57,926 bases of DNA, taken from NCBI GenBank assembly GCA_000320545.1, contig ADNK01003239.1:1-57926 (forward strand), given 5' to 3'. A model generated the notes under the pieces. It was not told the DNA's origin, did no database searches, and was given only the letters and a program-made list of their open reading frames with translations. The DNA comes from Bigelowiella natans CCMP2755 (Eukaryota > Protista > Cercozoa). The translations under genes were made by a program, and so were the position numbers. Positions 1 to 14,290 of this stretch are shown here, in pieces; positions within the stretch are counted from its first letter, which is position 1, and every line of letters starts with the position of its first letter.

Positions 1-39
1 TCGAACGTTTATTTTTTTCCCGATTAAGGCCCCCTGCGT

Positions 40-345
40 AGTGCTATTGTGCACGCGCTGGGGGCCATGATCGGTCGATCGATGCGATGATGAGCATGAT
101 GCCACATATATAGCCATGCTAGTATGCCGTGCGGCGAGCGGACATCTGCTCATTGTCTAGATTGTTCGCACATCGCTTATTCACACAAATGGTGACATTT
201 CGTCCAGTGATGAACGGATTGTGCACAAGAAGGCATGCATCGCATGCTAGCATGTGCAATGTCGATTTGTCTACGTGACACAGCTTGTGAGATAACCTAG
301 ATAACGTACATGTCTAGATGTGGTGAAACATTGGTCATCTAGTAA
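40..345. repeat. Palindrome-rich island downstream of gene 1
   Basis: TCTAGA at 156 and 313, GCATGCTAGCATG at 242, CGATCGATCG-like runs; no microsatellites. Confidence 0.6.
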
Positions 346-659
346 TACATCAAAATGACAACACACACATCTTGTGTCGCCTGTTATTATACTGAACTGA
401 ATACACATTTATCTTACCTCACGTATAAAAATAATTCTATGTATAGATCTGTTTATATTATTGCAACATGGTCTCTTTTTTGTTGGTCAAAAATTGTCAT
501 GATTTGTTTCATAGTAAGACAACTCAGCTGGTCCCTTTTTGGTAAATTTTGAAGTCACTGCTCTTTCCCTGAGAGAGAGCGCATATGATGCGGTATTATT
601 TTATCTACTAAAATATTTGATGAAATTCCTGGAAAATCAATGCCATTAAAGCAGGTCTC

Positions 660-1218
660 TTAACTAGTGTCGACAGTAGTTGAAGTGGCAGTTTCGAGAG
701 GGGGTGGCGAGGGGATATCTTTGTTCATTTCCGAGGGTATTTTCCTTTTCCTGTGGGGATAGTGGTATGAACGATCATGAGTTTGATTGGGATGTTGTAA
801 AATGATGGTGATGATGACGATGACGATGGAATGAAATATGATCTCATTTTCCAGCAAAAAAAATTCTTTGTGAGGCCCTTTAAGTTGCTATTTTTCTGTA
901 TCATCAACATCATCATCATCATCATCATTGTCATCATCTTCCGTCCTCATCACTGAAGCCAACATGGAATAACATATAAATATCGGCGCTCACATAGTTG
1001 GTTGGAACCAACCTCTCAGCCGTTTGGGCGTGGTTTTCTTGTTGTGCAGTCCCTTGATCGCTCTGCCCCAGTTGTTGTTCCTGTGTTTTTTCTCCTTCTT
1101 CTTCGTCTTCTTCTCGAATCCACATGAAGTATGGGTTGACTGGGTTGAGAGTCGTCCACTAATGATGACGACGACAATACAACCGTGAGTATTATTAGCA
1201 GCTTGATACTACTTAACA

Positions 1219-1257
<39 letters not shown>

Positions 1258-1766
1258 TGACTGTTTTATGTTGGTAGCTTTCATCACTATCATCATCAAC
1301 ATCATCATCAGAGCTTGGCCACTCATCACGAACTCTAACCTTAACTGTCTTAAGGCGCCCATTACACCCACCGCTAAGAACCGTTTTGCAGCACACCGAT
1401 GGCGATGATGATGATGACGGCGATGGTAATAACGGTGATGATGGCGAGAGGGGGGAGGAGGACGGGGCGGAGGATGCTGGAGAAATGGAGGTCTCAATCT
1501 TCCTCAGCTGAATCTATTAAGAGTGATGATGATGATCATCATGAGGAGGAGGAGGAGGAGAAGGAGGGGGAGGAGGAGAGGAAGTACAAGGATGAGGATG
1601 ATGATAATGATGATGATGCGAATGACCACAACCACTACTTACTACGGCTATTACTACCAATACTACAGCTATTGATAATGCGTGCATCATGTAATATCTG
1701 TGTATTCCTCTATACCAACCGTTTTTGTGAAGTTGGGATCGACTTCGATAATCCATTTCGTGCCTA

Positions 1767-1813
<47 letters not shown>

Positions 1814-2039
1814 GACGATTGATCACTTGAGTCGTCATCGTCGTCATCGTCTACTACACCGTCTGCTTGCACCGATTCCAAAACCAACCAACCAACGAAC
1901 AACGCAACCAATGATCAACAGTACTCTATTCTATGGGGCGTGTTGCTCTCCTGCAAGAGGGCAAAAAGAAGGGTAGTAGCTGCAGTTGTAATAACTGGCT
2001 AAGACTAATACTACCACTTCTTCTTGTTCTTCTACAACA

Positions 2040-2071
<32 letters not shown>

Positions 2072-2596
2072 CGGATATCAGGCACTGGAGGTCTTTGACA
2101 ATTATAGACGTTTGCTTACCGTCATTCGAAACCACCTGTTTATTATAATATATATATGTATATTTATGAACACAGATGGATGGGTGTGGGTGTGGGTGTG
2201 TGTTTCAGAGAGAGAGAGAGACAGAGAGAGAGAGAGAAAGTCCCATTCGAACGTAGGATTTTTGGGGAAAAGAATATTTGTTGTTGTTGTATATGTAATG
2301 ATGGCGTGTTATCTCCAATGGTGACTACTTCTTTCATAAGCACATATATCTACCTTCCATCTCCCTTGAAAGCTTTTGGCTAATGCCTCCTTCGTTACAG
2401 CTGCCGATGCTGCAGCAATCAAAAGTCGGTGAGGTGGGGGTAGTAAAAATGACGATGGATGGATGCATGACTGGCGACATCAATCAGCCATCACAGACGT
2501 AGACGTGACATTACATGCAAAGAAGTGAATCATTGAGCAGCAGCAGTCCCATATTAATGCCTATGCTTTTGTTTGTCGCCGTACTCGTAATCATCG

Positions 2597-2630
<34 letters not shown>

Positions 2631-2849
2631 CATTATCATCATGCGTTAAAACGACGACGACGACGACGACGACGACATAAACGTGTACATGGCTCATCAT
2701 TTGGTGTCGGTTCGTCCTTGATCGTCCTCGGTCTACTGGAGGATGCTGATGAGGATGATGATAGCGACGAGGGCCTCTCGCTAATATTCTGTTTCTTCTC
2801 TTCATCAACAATGCCTTGCTGCGGGTGCTGCTGCAGTTTGTTGTTGTGG

Positions 2850-2883
<34 letters not shown>

Positions 2884-3444
2884 CATCATCGCCGTCCCCC
2901 TGTCGACTTACGACTGCGCTGTCAGTTTTTCCACCACTACTACCACCGTTATCATCATTGGTGGTTGCATGATGACTCTTCTCAAAACCGGTACTACTAC
3001 TACTACTACCACTAGAAGTAGTAGTAGTAGTAATAGTCGTATCCGGAACTGAGGTGCTATTTCCACTGTCGATATGATTGTCTACAGATGTTGCTCCAAC
3101 ATTTGTGTTATTCTTTCTCTTCTTCTTCGGAGAGTGGTCTTGTTCCTTTGCAGCAGTTTCTTCCTCCCCCTCCTCGCTGCTGCTTTGCTGTTGTTGAGGC
3201 AGCAGCATCTTGCCGTCATCGTCTTCATCTTCTTCCTGTTCCATCACTGCCGTCACCGATGTCGACGACGTTGTTGTTGTTATAGTAGAAGTAGCCGCAG
3301 CAGCAGCAGCAGCACTAGTAGCAGCGGCCTTTTCTTCTTCGACTTCCTCGTTTTGGGCGTTTGTTGTTGTTTGGGTTGTTGGCGGAGTGCTACTACTATT
3401 GGGATTATTACCACCACTACTACTGCTGACTGCGACAGCAGCAT

Positions 3445-3476
<32 letters not shown>

Positions 3477-3941
3477 TTACTATTATTACTTCTGCTAATT
3501 GCCATATTATCATCCGGTGAAGAAGTAGGAGCAGAGTCGATACTCATCGACGTCCCATCCCCCCCCTCCTGAATTCTCCTTCGTTTTTGCTGCTGTTGAA
3601 GATGTTTTTCTTGCTGCTCCGTATCTCCCGTTTTTGCTGCTGCTGCTGCGGTAAGGTAGCTCATGTCAGCCCCCCCTCCAGACTTCATTTTTAAGTTTGA
3701 ATACAACATGTAAGGCGACAGCTTCGCAGCAGCAATTGAGCCGCCTCCTTGCAGCTTGAGCTCTCCTTCTGCAGCGTGGGGAAAAGGAAGAAGAAGAAGA
3801 AGAATAAGGACAAAAGCGTCCACAAACAAACAATGGTTCGATGACTGCTCTTACTATCCAAAGCAGCTTCATTCCAACAAAGACTAGACGATCATATGCA
3901 TGCATGCATGTGAGTGTGTAAATATAAATTATGCATTGCAT

Positions 3942-3982
<41 letters not shown>

Positions 3983-4126
3983 GTTATTGTTGTTGTCAAT
4001 TGGCACTAGTTTTAGTACTACTACTACTACCACTACTACTACTACCCTGGTTGATTTTCATAAATGCCTTTTCAGCATCAGCACGATGGTGGAACCTCAG
4101 CTCGGCCTACGAGACAAAGAAGAAAA

Positions 4127-4172
<46 letters not shown>

Positions 4173-6145
4173 GCCACGAGTTTCACAATCATATTATTTA
4201 ATGACGCGGAGATAGAGGGAAAAAAAAAGAATACTTCCTGCTGCTACCGCTCCTACTACTAACTAATAATGAGAATTAATGAAAGATATGAACCAAAGAT
4301 AATGGGAGGATGAACCAAACAACCAACCGACCTTTGCCTGTGTTTTCTGGGGTGTTTTGTAGTTTCTGCTGACGCATGGAATGCTATCCACGACGTAGAC
4401 ATCAGGGTATCTATACATTGGATGCTTTGGGAACCCTCTATTATTGGTTGGTGCACGATAGAAGTAGCAGTAGCAGTAGCAGCAGTAGCAGAGAAATCAT
4501 AAGCATGTGTAGTATATAGGCATAAACGATGCACAACATTTTCCGGAGAATACTGTCAATGGTGAACGTGCGTGTGTGTGTGCGTAGTCTGGAATGTGGA
4601 TTCGTCAGCAGCATGCCGGGAACACGAGTTACTACACTTTGCTATTTCAAAGCGTATATTTGCAAGTACTTCAATGTCACATCCGTCATCATCATCATCA
4701 TCATCATCACCAATAGCATTGTTGTTGATGCTGGAGGCCATTGTTACCTGAGATGGTTCTGCACCAGTTGCCTCACCTCTCGCTGTCCTTGCTGTGCGTG
4801 AAATATGAGCATAACCTTGAACCGCACAGAGCCTACACCAAAGCATATCACAGCGATTTCACACGCACCCAAGAGGGAGAGGGGGGTTGGGGAGAAGGGA
4901 AGAAAGCGTAATATGTTATCAGTAAAAGACGGAAAGAAGGAATCTGATGATGCTGTGCCTATTCGAATGTTTCTCCCAGCTGTCGGCGTCATCATTATCA
5001 TAATTATCATCGTATATTCAAGCAAAATATCCTTATGGCGCCATGCTTACGATCGATAGAAATGAATCATCATCCTCGTCGTATCGTCTTTGTTTTAATC
5101 ATAATATCACGTTCATATCATCCTCGTGATCATTTGTGTGCAACCAGCACTCCTCCCCCTCCCCCTCCTCCTCCTACTATTACTACCGGGGCGAATGAGG
5201 CCGACGCGAAAATTCTTCACAATACCTAACCCTGAATTGGGGTCATTAAAGGCGTTGGAAAGCTTGTCAGTCAGCCATGTTTGCCACTCATCGATCTTGT
5301 CGGGTTCGAAAGGAGCCTAGTATAGTAGAAGGAGGAGGGGGGGGGGGAGGAGTGCTGGTTGCACACAAATGATCACGAGGATGATATGAACGTGATATTA
5401 TGATTAAAACAAAGACTATTAGTACACAGGGATTTTGCTCCCTTGCCCCCCCCCCCCCCCCTTCTCGATAACGAGGTTGCGAATGATTTGTCGCATGCAT
5501 CCGTCGCATAGAAATAAAGGGTATCTGTCATTATTCTCATTACGGTGCTAAACATCTACGATTTTTTGTCCCACTTCATTCACGACTAATCGTAAATGTT
5601 TTAGTTTCAACTATCGCCCTTGATCCATCAAGCTCTCTGCTGCTACTATTATTAGTACTGCTATGCTACTGCTGCTAGTGCTCTTCTGCCGCCATTTTCA
5701 TCACCACCACCATGAACACCTTGAATCTGAACTCGACCCATGCCAAGAGCTTCTTTTCTTCTTTTGCTGGTAGTAGTAGTGGTGTAGTAACAGCAGTCAG
5801 GAACCGGTAGGAACGATAATCATGGTGATGATGATGATGATGATGATGATGATGACGGTGGTGAAAATAAAAGAGGGAGGGAATCGGCAAGCACCATCAA
5901 AATCATGACCAGCACCGACCACCCCCCCCATCCTCCTCCTCATGTTTGGTGCTGTAAGTACCTTCGGGGGAGGCAGCATCAGCATCAGCATCAGCATCAG
6001 CTTCCGCACTCACTCCCTGCTCGCTCTTTAGAATAATGCACGCAATTTAAGTAAGTAATCAGCATGCATATTAACGGGGAGATGCAAGAAGGGAAAGTGG
6101 CTTTATCTGCAATCAAACACAACACTAGTGAGCAGCATTGCGTGC

Positions 6146-6233
<88 letters not shown>

Positions 6234-6249
6234 CCTACCACCACTACAA

Positions 6250-6290
<41 letters not shown>

Positions 6291-6295
6291 TAGTG

Positions 6296-6333
<38 letters not shown>

Positions 6334-9300
6334 TACTTGTTCAATCGGGGCTGGTGTGCGGATGTGCTTGATGATTAGTTTGTCAGCACCGATTTCACCC
6401 TGAATGTTCTTCACCAACTCTGCGTCCATACCGATCGCGTCCACTTCGATGTTGACCTCCACGCACCACCCCCCCTTTCGTAGCCAATCAAGCAAGGAAG
6501 GAAAATGCACAGATCGAAATGGTGAGTATGGTTCGAGCAACAAGTCCTATACTAAGCAGATCTGTGTATATCATCAATACGAGCAGGAGCAGCAGCTGAA
6601 TGATGTGTTGGACGACGATGTTCGACTTAGTTGAGCTACACTTACAGCACCGCGCCTTACTTATGGGACAAGCAAAGATCATTCATGCCTCTATTTAATA
6701 TCATCGCTGAAAGATTTTTCGAAATCTTTTTAACACGACCGAAGCGCATATATCCATAATGTATACATCATTCGCTCGTACTTCTGGATTGGATGTAGCG
6801 ATAATCACGTGTTTTCCATGTCGAAGGGGCGAGAGGTCAAATGGTGTGTAGTGCGTACCAACCACCATAGGCTTGCATGGTGCGGTGTGTCGTTTAATTC
6901 ATGTGAATCATTATCATTATCATCATCATCATCATCATCATCCTTCGACGATAAACTCACCCCAGTTTTTGAATATCCTCCTCCTCCTCCTCCTCCTTTC
7001 CCATCTTCTTTCTTCACGCCAGGTGCCACTGCAGCTACAATGCCTCCGTCCTTCTTCCACTCGGCATCTTCATCATCCCGTTTTTCCAGTTTGACCGCTG
7101 GAAGAGTAGGTGTACCACCAACGGGAGGAGAAATTCCTCCTACTCCTGCAGCAGCAGCAGCAGCAGCAGCACTTCCCCTTACAGTTGCGCTTTTCTGTTG
7201 TGGTAGGTAGGTAGGTAGGTAGGAGGTGATACATATTAGATCCAGTAGGCACTGCCTCAAGTACTATTACTACTACTACTACTGCTACTACTACTATTAT
7301 CATTAAATAATAATGATAATACTAGTGATATTGACTCGACATGCGTTGTTCGTAGACAAACAACATCCCTGTGGACGCCATAGGGATGAGGGAGAGGGGT
7401 AAATTTCCGCACAGATCCACTACTAGCTATCTATCGCCCTCCCTCAGGAAATAATTTAGGTTGTAGGGAGAAATGCTACGAATATGCACGCACGCACGCA
7501 CGCACGCGCATTATTACATTTGTAGATTTCCTAGTCTTCGCCTCCCTCTTCCTTTTACCGCCGGAACCTGTAGATGCAGCCGCTGCCGCTGCCGCTGCCG
7601 CCCTGTTGGCTTGATACTGGGTGATGTTCATAAAAAAGAAAAAAGAGAAGAGAAAGGGATGTCAGGAGTCGCAGCACATCACCACATGAGCTTGTATTTT
7701 AGAGATTGGTACAAACATAAAGAACCTTTTTATCATCATCCTTTACGATATGTTTAACTCTTATTCAACTTTTTAGCGCCCACTTCTCCCTCCCCCCCCC
7801 CCCTCCCTGGCAATCGAGTGACATACCCGAGAAGTTCTGGCCTGGCTCTCCTTTGTGAGCCACTCGTAGTCCTCGAAGTGTGCACGCTTCCAGTCATAAT
7901 ACTTGAACTGTATATCCTGGGTGATTTTCTTCAACGCAGCTTCAATCAGAGGCTCCTGTGTGCTGTCTGAGGGGGGTTGCGGAACATCGATGTGACGCTC
8001 AAGTATGTTTTTATTTTCTTCTATGACTATCACCACACCCCCACCGCCACCATCAAACGCCATTACAGCACACTACTACTACTACTACTACTACCTGTTT
8101 TATTGAGGAGAGCGTTGCCCTTCTTAATGCGCATTCTCACCAACTGGTCTGCAAATTCGCGCGCAAAATTGTTACAGGAATTGAGCAGGTGCTTGCGGAT
8201 CTCGGCCAGGTTCATCTTACCAGCCTTGACGCCATCGTAGACAAATCGAACTGGCGTTCCGCAGTCGCAGACCCACTTGCAGTGCTTAAAAATCTCTTCC
8301 CTTCTCTTTCCAGGATCTGTGATGTGCGCTGTGGAGGTGGGGCCCTCAGGAGGCATTTCTCGCGGAGGGGGAACATATCGCGAGGAGGAAGTGGCCTTGG
8401 CGATGATTGATAAGGGCTGGCTTCTGGAATTATTGCTGCTGCTGCGACTCAGAGTGCTGCTGCTGCGACTCAATTTGCTGCTGTTGCTGAGGCTCAGGCC
8501 CATGACGACGCCACCTCGCACAGAGGAGGAGGTTGGTGTGCCTGCAATGGTGCTGGAACCACCGACAATGGTGGCGCTGGCGGCTGGAGGGACGGGCATG
8601 CCGCTACTAGCATGTGTACGTGGAGAACTTGATGGAGGACCACTACCTCGATAGTAGCGAGAAGAAGGAGGAAGATGTTGGGGTTGCTGCTGCTGTGCAT
8701 CTCTGGAGTGAGGCCTTCTTTGTGAAGCAGCAGCCGATGATGCTTGAGAGAAAGTCATTGGCCTGGAGCGGCGGGAAGCATAGCTGCCATCAGAAGGACG
8801 CGTTTGCTGGTAGCCAACCCATCGGCTCCTTCGAGAACGTGGAAGTTGCGATGGCAGTGGCATACGCTCATCCCCCTCCTCCTCCTCTGGGACCGACATA
8901 TCCCGCTGCACAGCCTGCAGTCGAGAAGTAGGATATTCTCGTACTCTTTCAACCAGGTAGCTATGGCCCTCCCTGTGCCTTGGAATGTAGCTTACTCTCC
9001 TGTATGCCTGGTGGAAAATTCACGAGTAACACAGAGAGAAAGCTGTTGTTAGCCCTGCACAAATGAACAGTAGATTCAATTCCAAACGCGGGCGTATACA
9101 CGCGGATTTGGAGCAATCAATTATGCATAAACCCGCAGACTGATAATGGAAAGTAGAAACTAATCGTTCATACATGAATATCGATGTACATAAATGCTGA
9201 CAAAGTGGAAAAAAAATAACGAGAAGCCATCAACATAATCTTAATCATATTCACCACCGGTTGGAACTCCTCGTAGTCGTAAGACGGTTCAGCGACAACT

Positions 9301-9764
9301 CGCTCTTGGTACTGAGGATACCGGACATATTGTCGTGCTCCAATAGAATCATCCATTCCACGATGCGGTAAGGAATACACATCCTCATCAGTGATAGATA
9401 CAGGTACCCATGGTCTCCTTCCCCAAGAATCCCCTCCAAGATCAGCTCTACCGGCTCGATTAGAGTATGGAGGATCCTGTTTTTCTACAACAAAGGTGGA
9501 TGAATCTTGAAGTATTGCTTTACTCCGATGATTTTCGCCATCAGCTGAAGAGGGCGTGTCTGTTCCAACTGTTCTAGTTTTTGATGGCTCTAAATTCCCT
9601 GACGATCGTCTCCCCCAGCCGCGACCTCCCGCTCTTCCTCCTCCCCTGCCTCTAGCAGATAATTGGCTCATTTCAAAGGTGGTTTTACGCTTCCGTGGTC
9701 TGCCCCTTTCGCCACCCGGTTGATTTGTTCTATCTCGTGATGGTGATGGTGATGGTTGTTGCAT
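660..9764 (-). CDS. Large multi-exon uncharacterised protein with RG/Ser-rich disordered regions, a possible C2HC Zn knuckle and RRM-like segments
   Basis: Long non-repetitive exons 9258-9764 (RGRGGGRAGGRGWG), ~8095-9010 (CKWVCDCG...RKHLLNSC), ~7830-8010, ~6337-6490, 5187-5316, ~4046-4107 (AELRFHHRADAEKAFMKINQG), ~5720-5765 (LLAWVEFRFK), ~2072-2135 (TSIIVKDL), and a last exon ending TAA at 660, flanked by GT-AG. Not all exons were phased, so it could be two genes. Alternative start at ATG 9671. Confidence 0.5.
5086..5416. repeat. Near-perfect inverted repeat (arms ~5086-5185 and ~5318-5416) flanking a single exon
   Basis: gtctttgttttaatcataatatcacgttcatatcatcctcgtgatcatttgtgtgcaaccagcactcctcccc (from 5086) recurs as its reverse complement ending at 5416; the ORF track shows the same peptide on both strands. 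Confidence 0.95.
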
Positions 9765-11112
9765 GCGGAAGGCGCGTACAAACTCGAGCTTATTCAGCTT
9801 TTGGGATATTGAAATGACAGCCACGTTTCCCTTTGTTATCAATTCTACGACATCCACGAAATTATGACGCATTCAATAATTTACCATTATCACCGAAACA
9901 GAGTAATGAAAAATGCGACCATGAAACAACTAGAACTCCGGCATTGTGAAGTTGTAATTAAACAGATCAAGGAGTTTGCAGTTCGGCCAGCCATCCTGTA
10001 TTTAAATGCCATTTTGAATGCCATTTTGGATTCTTTCTCAAGGGATTTGTGCATGTTTTTGGAAATCGCATTCCATGGTCAGAAAGAAGCAGCTTGGGCA
10101 AACGAATGTCGTAATTTATCAGTAATTTATCGGTAATAAATCAAATATTGATGTCGCATACTTTTTGGGACCTAAATTTATAGTACCCCTCCCTGGTAAT
10201 TCATACTCGTTCCGGACGTTACATTGATAAAAAGGTCCCAATAAAAATTCGGCCTCTACCCGTGAAATGTGATGAAAATCGCTTTGTTAGTTAAATAGTT
10301 AGTTAATCTTTTCGCGCCCTTGACTTCCCAGCTATGTTGTTACACCGAAGTGATTTTCATAGTGGATGTTGTCTCGTAGACTAACGGACATTTTTGTGAG
10401 CTTCAAATTCCATGGAATTCCATGTATGAACATAAATGTCACTTCCTCCTTCAAATACGAGTATGTTCCAGGACCAGTTTCAAAAAGAAGGATAGAATTA
10501 GAGAATCCCAACCTTCGAAGCCTACGTCGATTTGTGGCATTCCCCGTAGAAATTCATCTCTACGGGAAGAAATGGTTAATCCTTACGGCATTAGTATTGC
10601 ATTTTAATTTAATTAAACGACTTGCATATTACACCACAAATTTCTTAATTAGGGTTATTCTGGGGACTCTTCTTAAGCGGCTACTGCTGGAAGTACGTGC
10701 TGACGCAGCCGGCCTCGTCACTACGATTTGCTCCTCAGTGCTAATGTGCTTTTGTTTTGAGCGACGGGATTTCCAAAAATGAAATAAAATCAATGATCAT
10801 TATACAAAGAGACGACAAGAAATTCATGACGTAGATCTAAAATTTAATTAATCTATTTTGAATTGACGATGCATGGGATGTCGCAATGAGTAATTGTACG
10901 ACAAATTATTGACTCGTGAGTCGATTGTGTGATAAATAAGACTGGAAAGTTGGCCCAGATTAAACTTTCCTTCTCAAGTTGCCCCCCCCATCACTTCATT
11001 ATTCAACAGACAGCTTGCATAGGCTGATCTTACATTCTCCACATCGTACATCGGAAACATATACTTTCTAGAGACTTTGAGACGACTGTCGCAAGCATTC
11101 ACCGAATTGAAC
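9765..11112. promoter_or_regulatory. Divergent promoter region, gene 1 / HYOU1
   Basis: Lies between head-to-head starts; microsatellite-free; GTCGCA/TGCGAC at 9914, 10153, 10880 and 11088. Confidence 0.55.
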
Positions 11113-11739
11113 ATGAGGAGAGGGCCTTCTTTCAACGTTGTGGTGTGGCTTGCACTGGCGCTTAATGTGCAGGCTGCAATCATGTCGATCGACTTTGGGA
11201 GCAACTTCGTAAAGGTAAATCTCGTTCCATCTTTTATATTCACTAACCCCAAAACAGCATTGGTCCCATGCCGGAAGTGGTATCTTGGAAGTGCATAACT
11301 GAAGACAAGCACTTGTTGTGGTAAGGTCGGAATGGTGCAAAAGGGGAAGCCGTTCCATATAATCGTTGATGAAACGTCTAAGAGAAAATCTCCTTCAATT
11401 GTTGCTTTCGATGGTACGAACAAAGACAGTACAAATATCCGCACAACGCGTAACTTTTATGTCTCACAGATGGCGAGCGCCGATTCGGAAATGGAGCCAA
11501 GTCTCTTGTCATTCGAAAGCCGAAGCAGTCGTTTGAGAGGTTTCGTAATCTTCTTGGCGTCAATGAGAATAGGTGTGTAAAAATTCTTGACCAAGATGCG
11601 CGTGACTTTTGAGCTATGACTTCGAAAGACACATTATTCTTTCCATGCGTGTTTATGTGATCAATAAGAACGATGAGTATATCTGCATGGATAGATGCAA
11701 TATGTAAGCTCGGTACGGTACAGAGAGTACGTGGTGTCC

Positions 11740-11830
<91 letters not shown>

Positions 11831-14250
11831 ATATCTGGCATGCAAATGTGTTGATCAGCCCTGCAGTATCTTACTTCAAAGCTGGAGGCTATCCCCTCGA
11901 GCTAAAGGTCGAGTAGTTTCGTCTCATCATTTCAATTTTCTCTTTCTTTTTATTAAGTAACGAATAGAACCTTGCCGATGAATCACATTTTTCCTTGGTT
12001 ACAGACATCTAAAGACGGTCGAGGCGTGCTATCAGTGCCCGCACCAATAAAAAGCAGCGACGAGGATGGGAAAACCTTTTCGATTGAACAACTAGGTGCA
12101 AAACACTACTGCCACAAGGGCCGCCAATACCACCTTCTTTGACCAACAACGCAATTAAGATAATACACCCCTAACCTTTGTCTGCACTGTAGTTGCTATG
12201 AATCTGGAGTACATCAAGAAGATCGGAGAAGCTGATGCTGAGGAGCCTGTTGTGGACGCTGTGATTGCCGTCCCAAGTTACTGGAATGCGGATCAACGCC
12301 AGGCGATGCTAGATGCAGGAGAGCTCGCTGGCTTGAATGTTATCTCTCTTGTCAACGAAAACACTGCCGCCGCCGTGCAATATGGGTTGTAATAGATACA
12401 CGTAATGAGTTTCTATGCTTCTTCCTACTTGGTGAAGATGGATGTGACGAGTGATAACAAGCCATTAACAGTCCAGAAGAGCTTTGACGCTACTTGCAAC
12501 ATTTTGTGGTGCCTGTGACAAAATAAATACCAATAATCTGATCCACGCCCCTCCTCCCTATCCCCTTTCTTTGGCAGGATCGACATCAACTACAAGGCAA
12601 ATATGAGCGAACATTTATGCATATACAATATGGGTGATGGCAGCACGCAGGTTTCAGTAGTGAAATATTCCGCATACACCAAGAAGAGAGGATCTTCGGA
12701 GAAGGTAGCAGCAGCAGCAGCAGCAAGAGCTCTTTGATTTCATACAGTAGACGGGGAATGAGTACAGGAATGACTCCCATCGTCTTCATCACGACCCCTT
12801 TCACCACCCACTCCTCCTCCTTTTAGGTTATCGGTCAGCTAGAAATCGTGGCGTCTGCCCACGACATGACTCTGGGAGGGAATGCGTTCGACCGTGTCAT
12901 TGCTTCCAAACTCATGGATGAGTTCAACGAACTTGCTTCCAAGAAGGGCAATGCTGGTTACGAGATTAGAGAACATCCGAAGGCCGTTGCCAAGGTGTGG
13001 TGTGCGTTTGTGGAGCAGCTATTTATCAGCGATATCGTTGTCGTCATCACCAACCAGCACAGTCGGGGTCAACATGCTATCGAGCAATGAGCGTCATCAT
13101 CGCCGCCGTGATATATATTTTGATTATTATGCATGCCCCTGCAGGTCCGCGCTCAGGCGAACAAGATCAAGCATGTGCTCTCTGCCAATCAGGAAGTCCC
13201 GATTTATATTGAAAGGTAGAAGTAGTGTAGCAGTCGTAGTAGTAGTGCCGACGATGTACGCATCTCGTCAAACGTTTCAGTAGTTTACCTCTTGGGGTGT
13301 GGAATAGCATAGATCCGGAAACTACAATGATTCAATACACAGTGTAGCAAATATAAGCAGCGTTGTCCATGGGTGGTTGATGTATGATTAACTAACTGTC
13401 GCAACAATACTATTCTTCCTCTACTTCATCATCATCATCATCATCATCTTCTTCTTCTTCTTACACTGCATTCTCCCTCATTAACCCTACTACTACGTGT
13501 TCCTTGCTGATCAATTCACTCTCATCTCATCCCATCAGTTTGGCCTTGGATTTGGATTTTAAGTCTCACATGACGAGGGAGCAGTTCTACGAGCTTGCAG
13601 CACCGCTTTTGGAGCGTGCGGTTGTTCCTCTCAATGACGCCTTGAAAGCCGCAGATCTCACTGCAGATGATCTTAAGGTAGTAGCGATATGCGAAAAGGC
13701 AGTTGTACGGGGACACGAACACACACACACACACCCTTCATGTTCACTTTGATTCATGAAGATAATCATCCTCTCCGTGCGGTTTTGATAAAACAAACCA
13801 AAAACAGACAACGTTGATCATCGGCGGGTCTGTCCGTATACCGGCGGTTCAAGCTGAGCTGAAGAAGGCGCTGAAAAGCGACGATGCACTAGGACATCGC
13901 CTTGACGGGGACGAATCTGTGGCTCTTGGAGCGGCGTTTATCGCTGCAAATCTGTCTACGGCCTTTCGCGTGAGGCCTATTGGACTCATTGACAGGGCAT
14001 TTCAACCAATTCAGATCGAGATTGATTCCCCGGAGCGAGAGTCGTCAGAGGAGGTAGTAGTAGTAGTAGTAGTAGTAGAAGAAGAAGAAGAAGAAGAAGA
14101 AGAAGAAGAAGGGTTTGCAGCATTAGAATGTGGTTGTAGCGGTAGTAGTAGTAGTAGTTATGGTGGTGGTATATCTCATCATTAGAAGAAAGAAATCCTA
14201 TTTTTCGTCCTTCAATTTTCGAATGAATTGCACATGCCCTACTACTGCTA

Positions 14251-14290
<40 letters not shown>

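Noticed and set aside
9864-10782. Plus-strand ORFs of 90 and 138 aa in the gene 1/HYOU1 spacer
   Set aside because: No recognisable motif or exon structure; the sequence looks like promoter/UTR. A small gene cannot be fully excluded without RNA data.
10826-10835. TGACGT upstream of HYOU1 as an unfolded-protein-response element
   Set aside because: A single 6-mer lacking the flanking TGACGTG[G/A] match; expected by chance.
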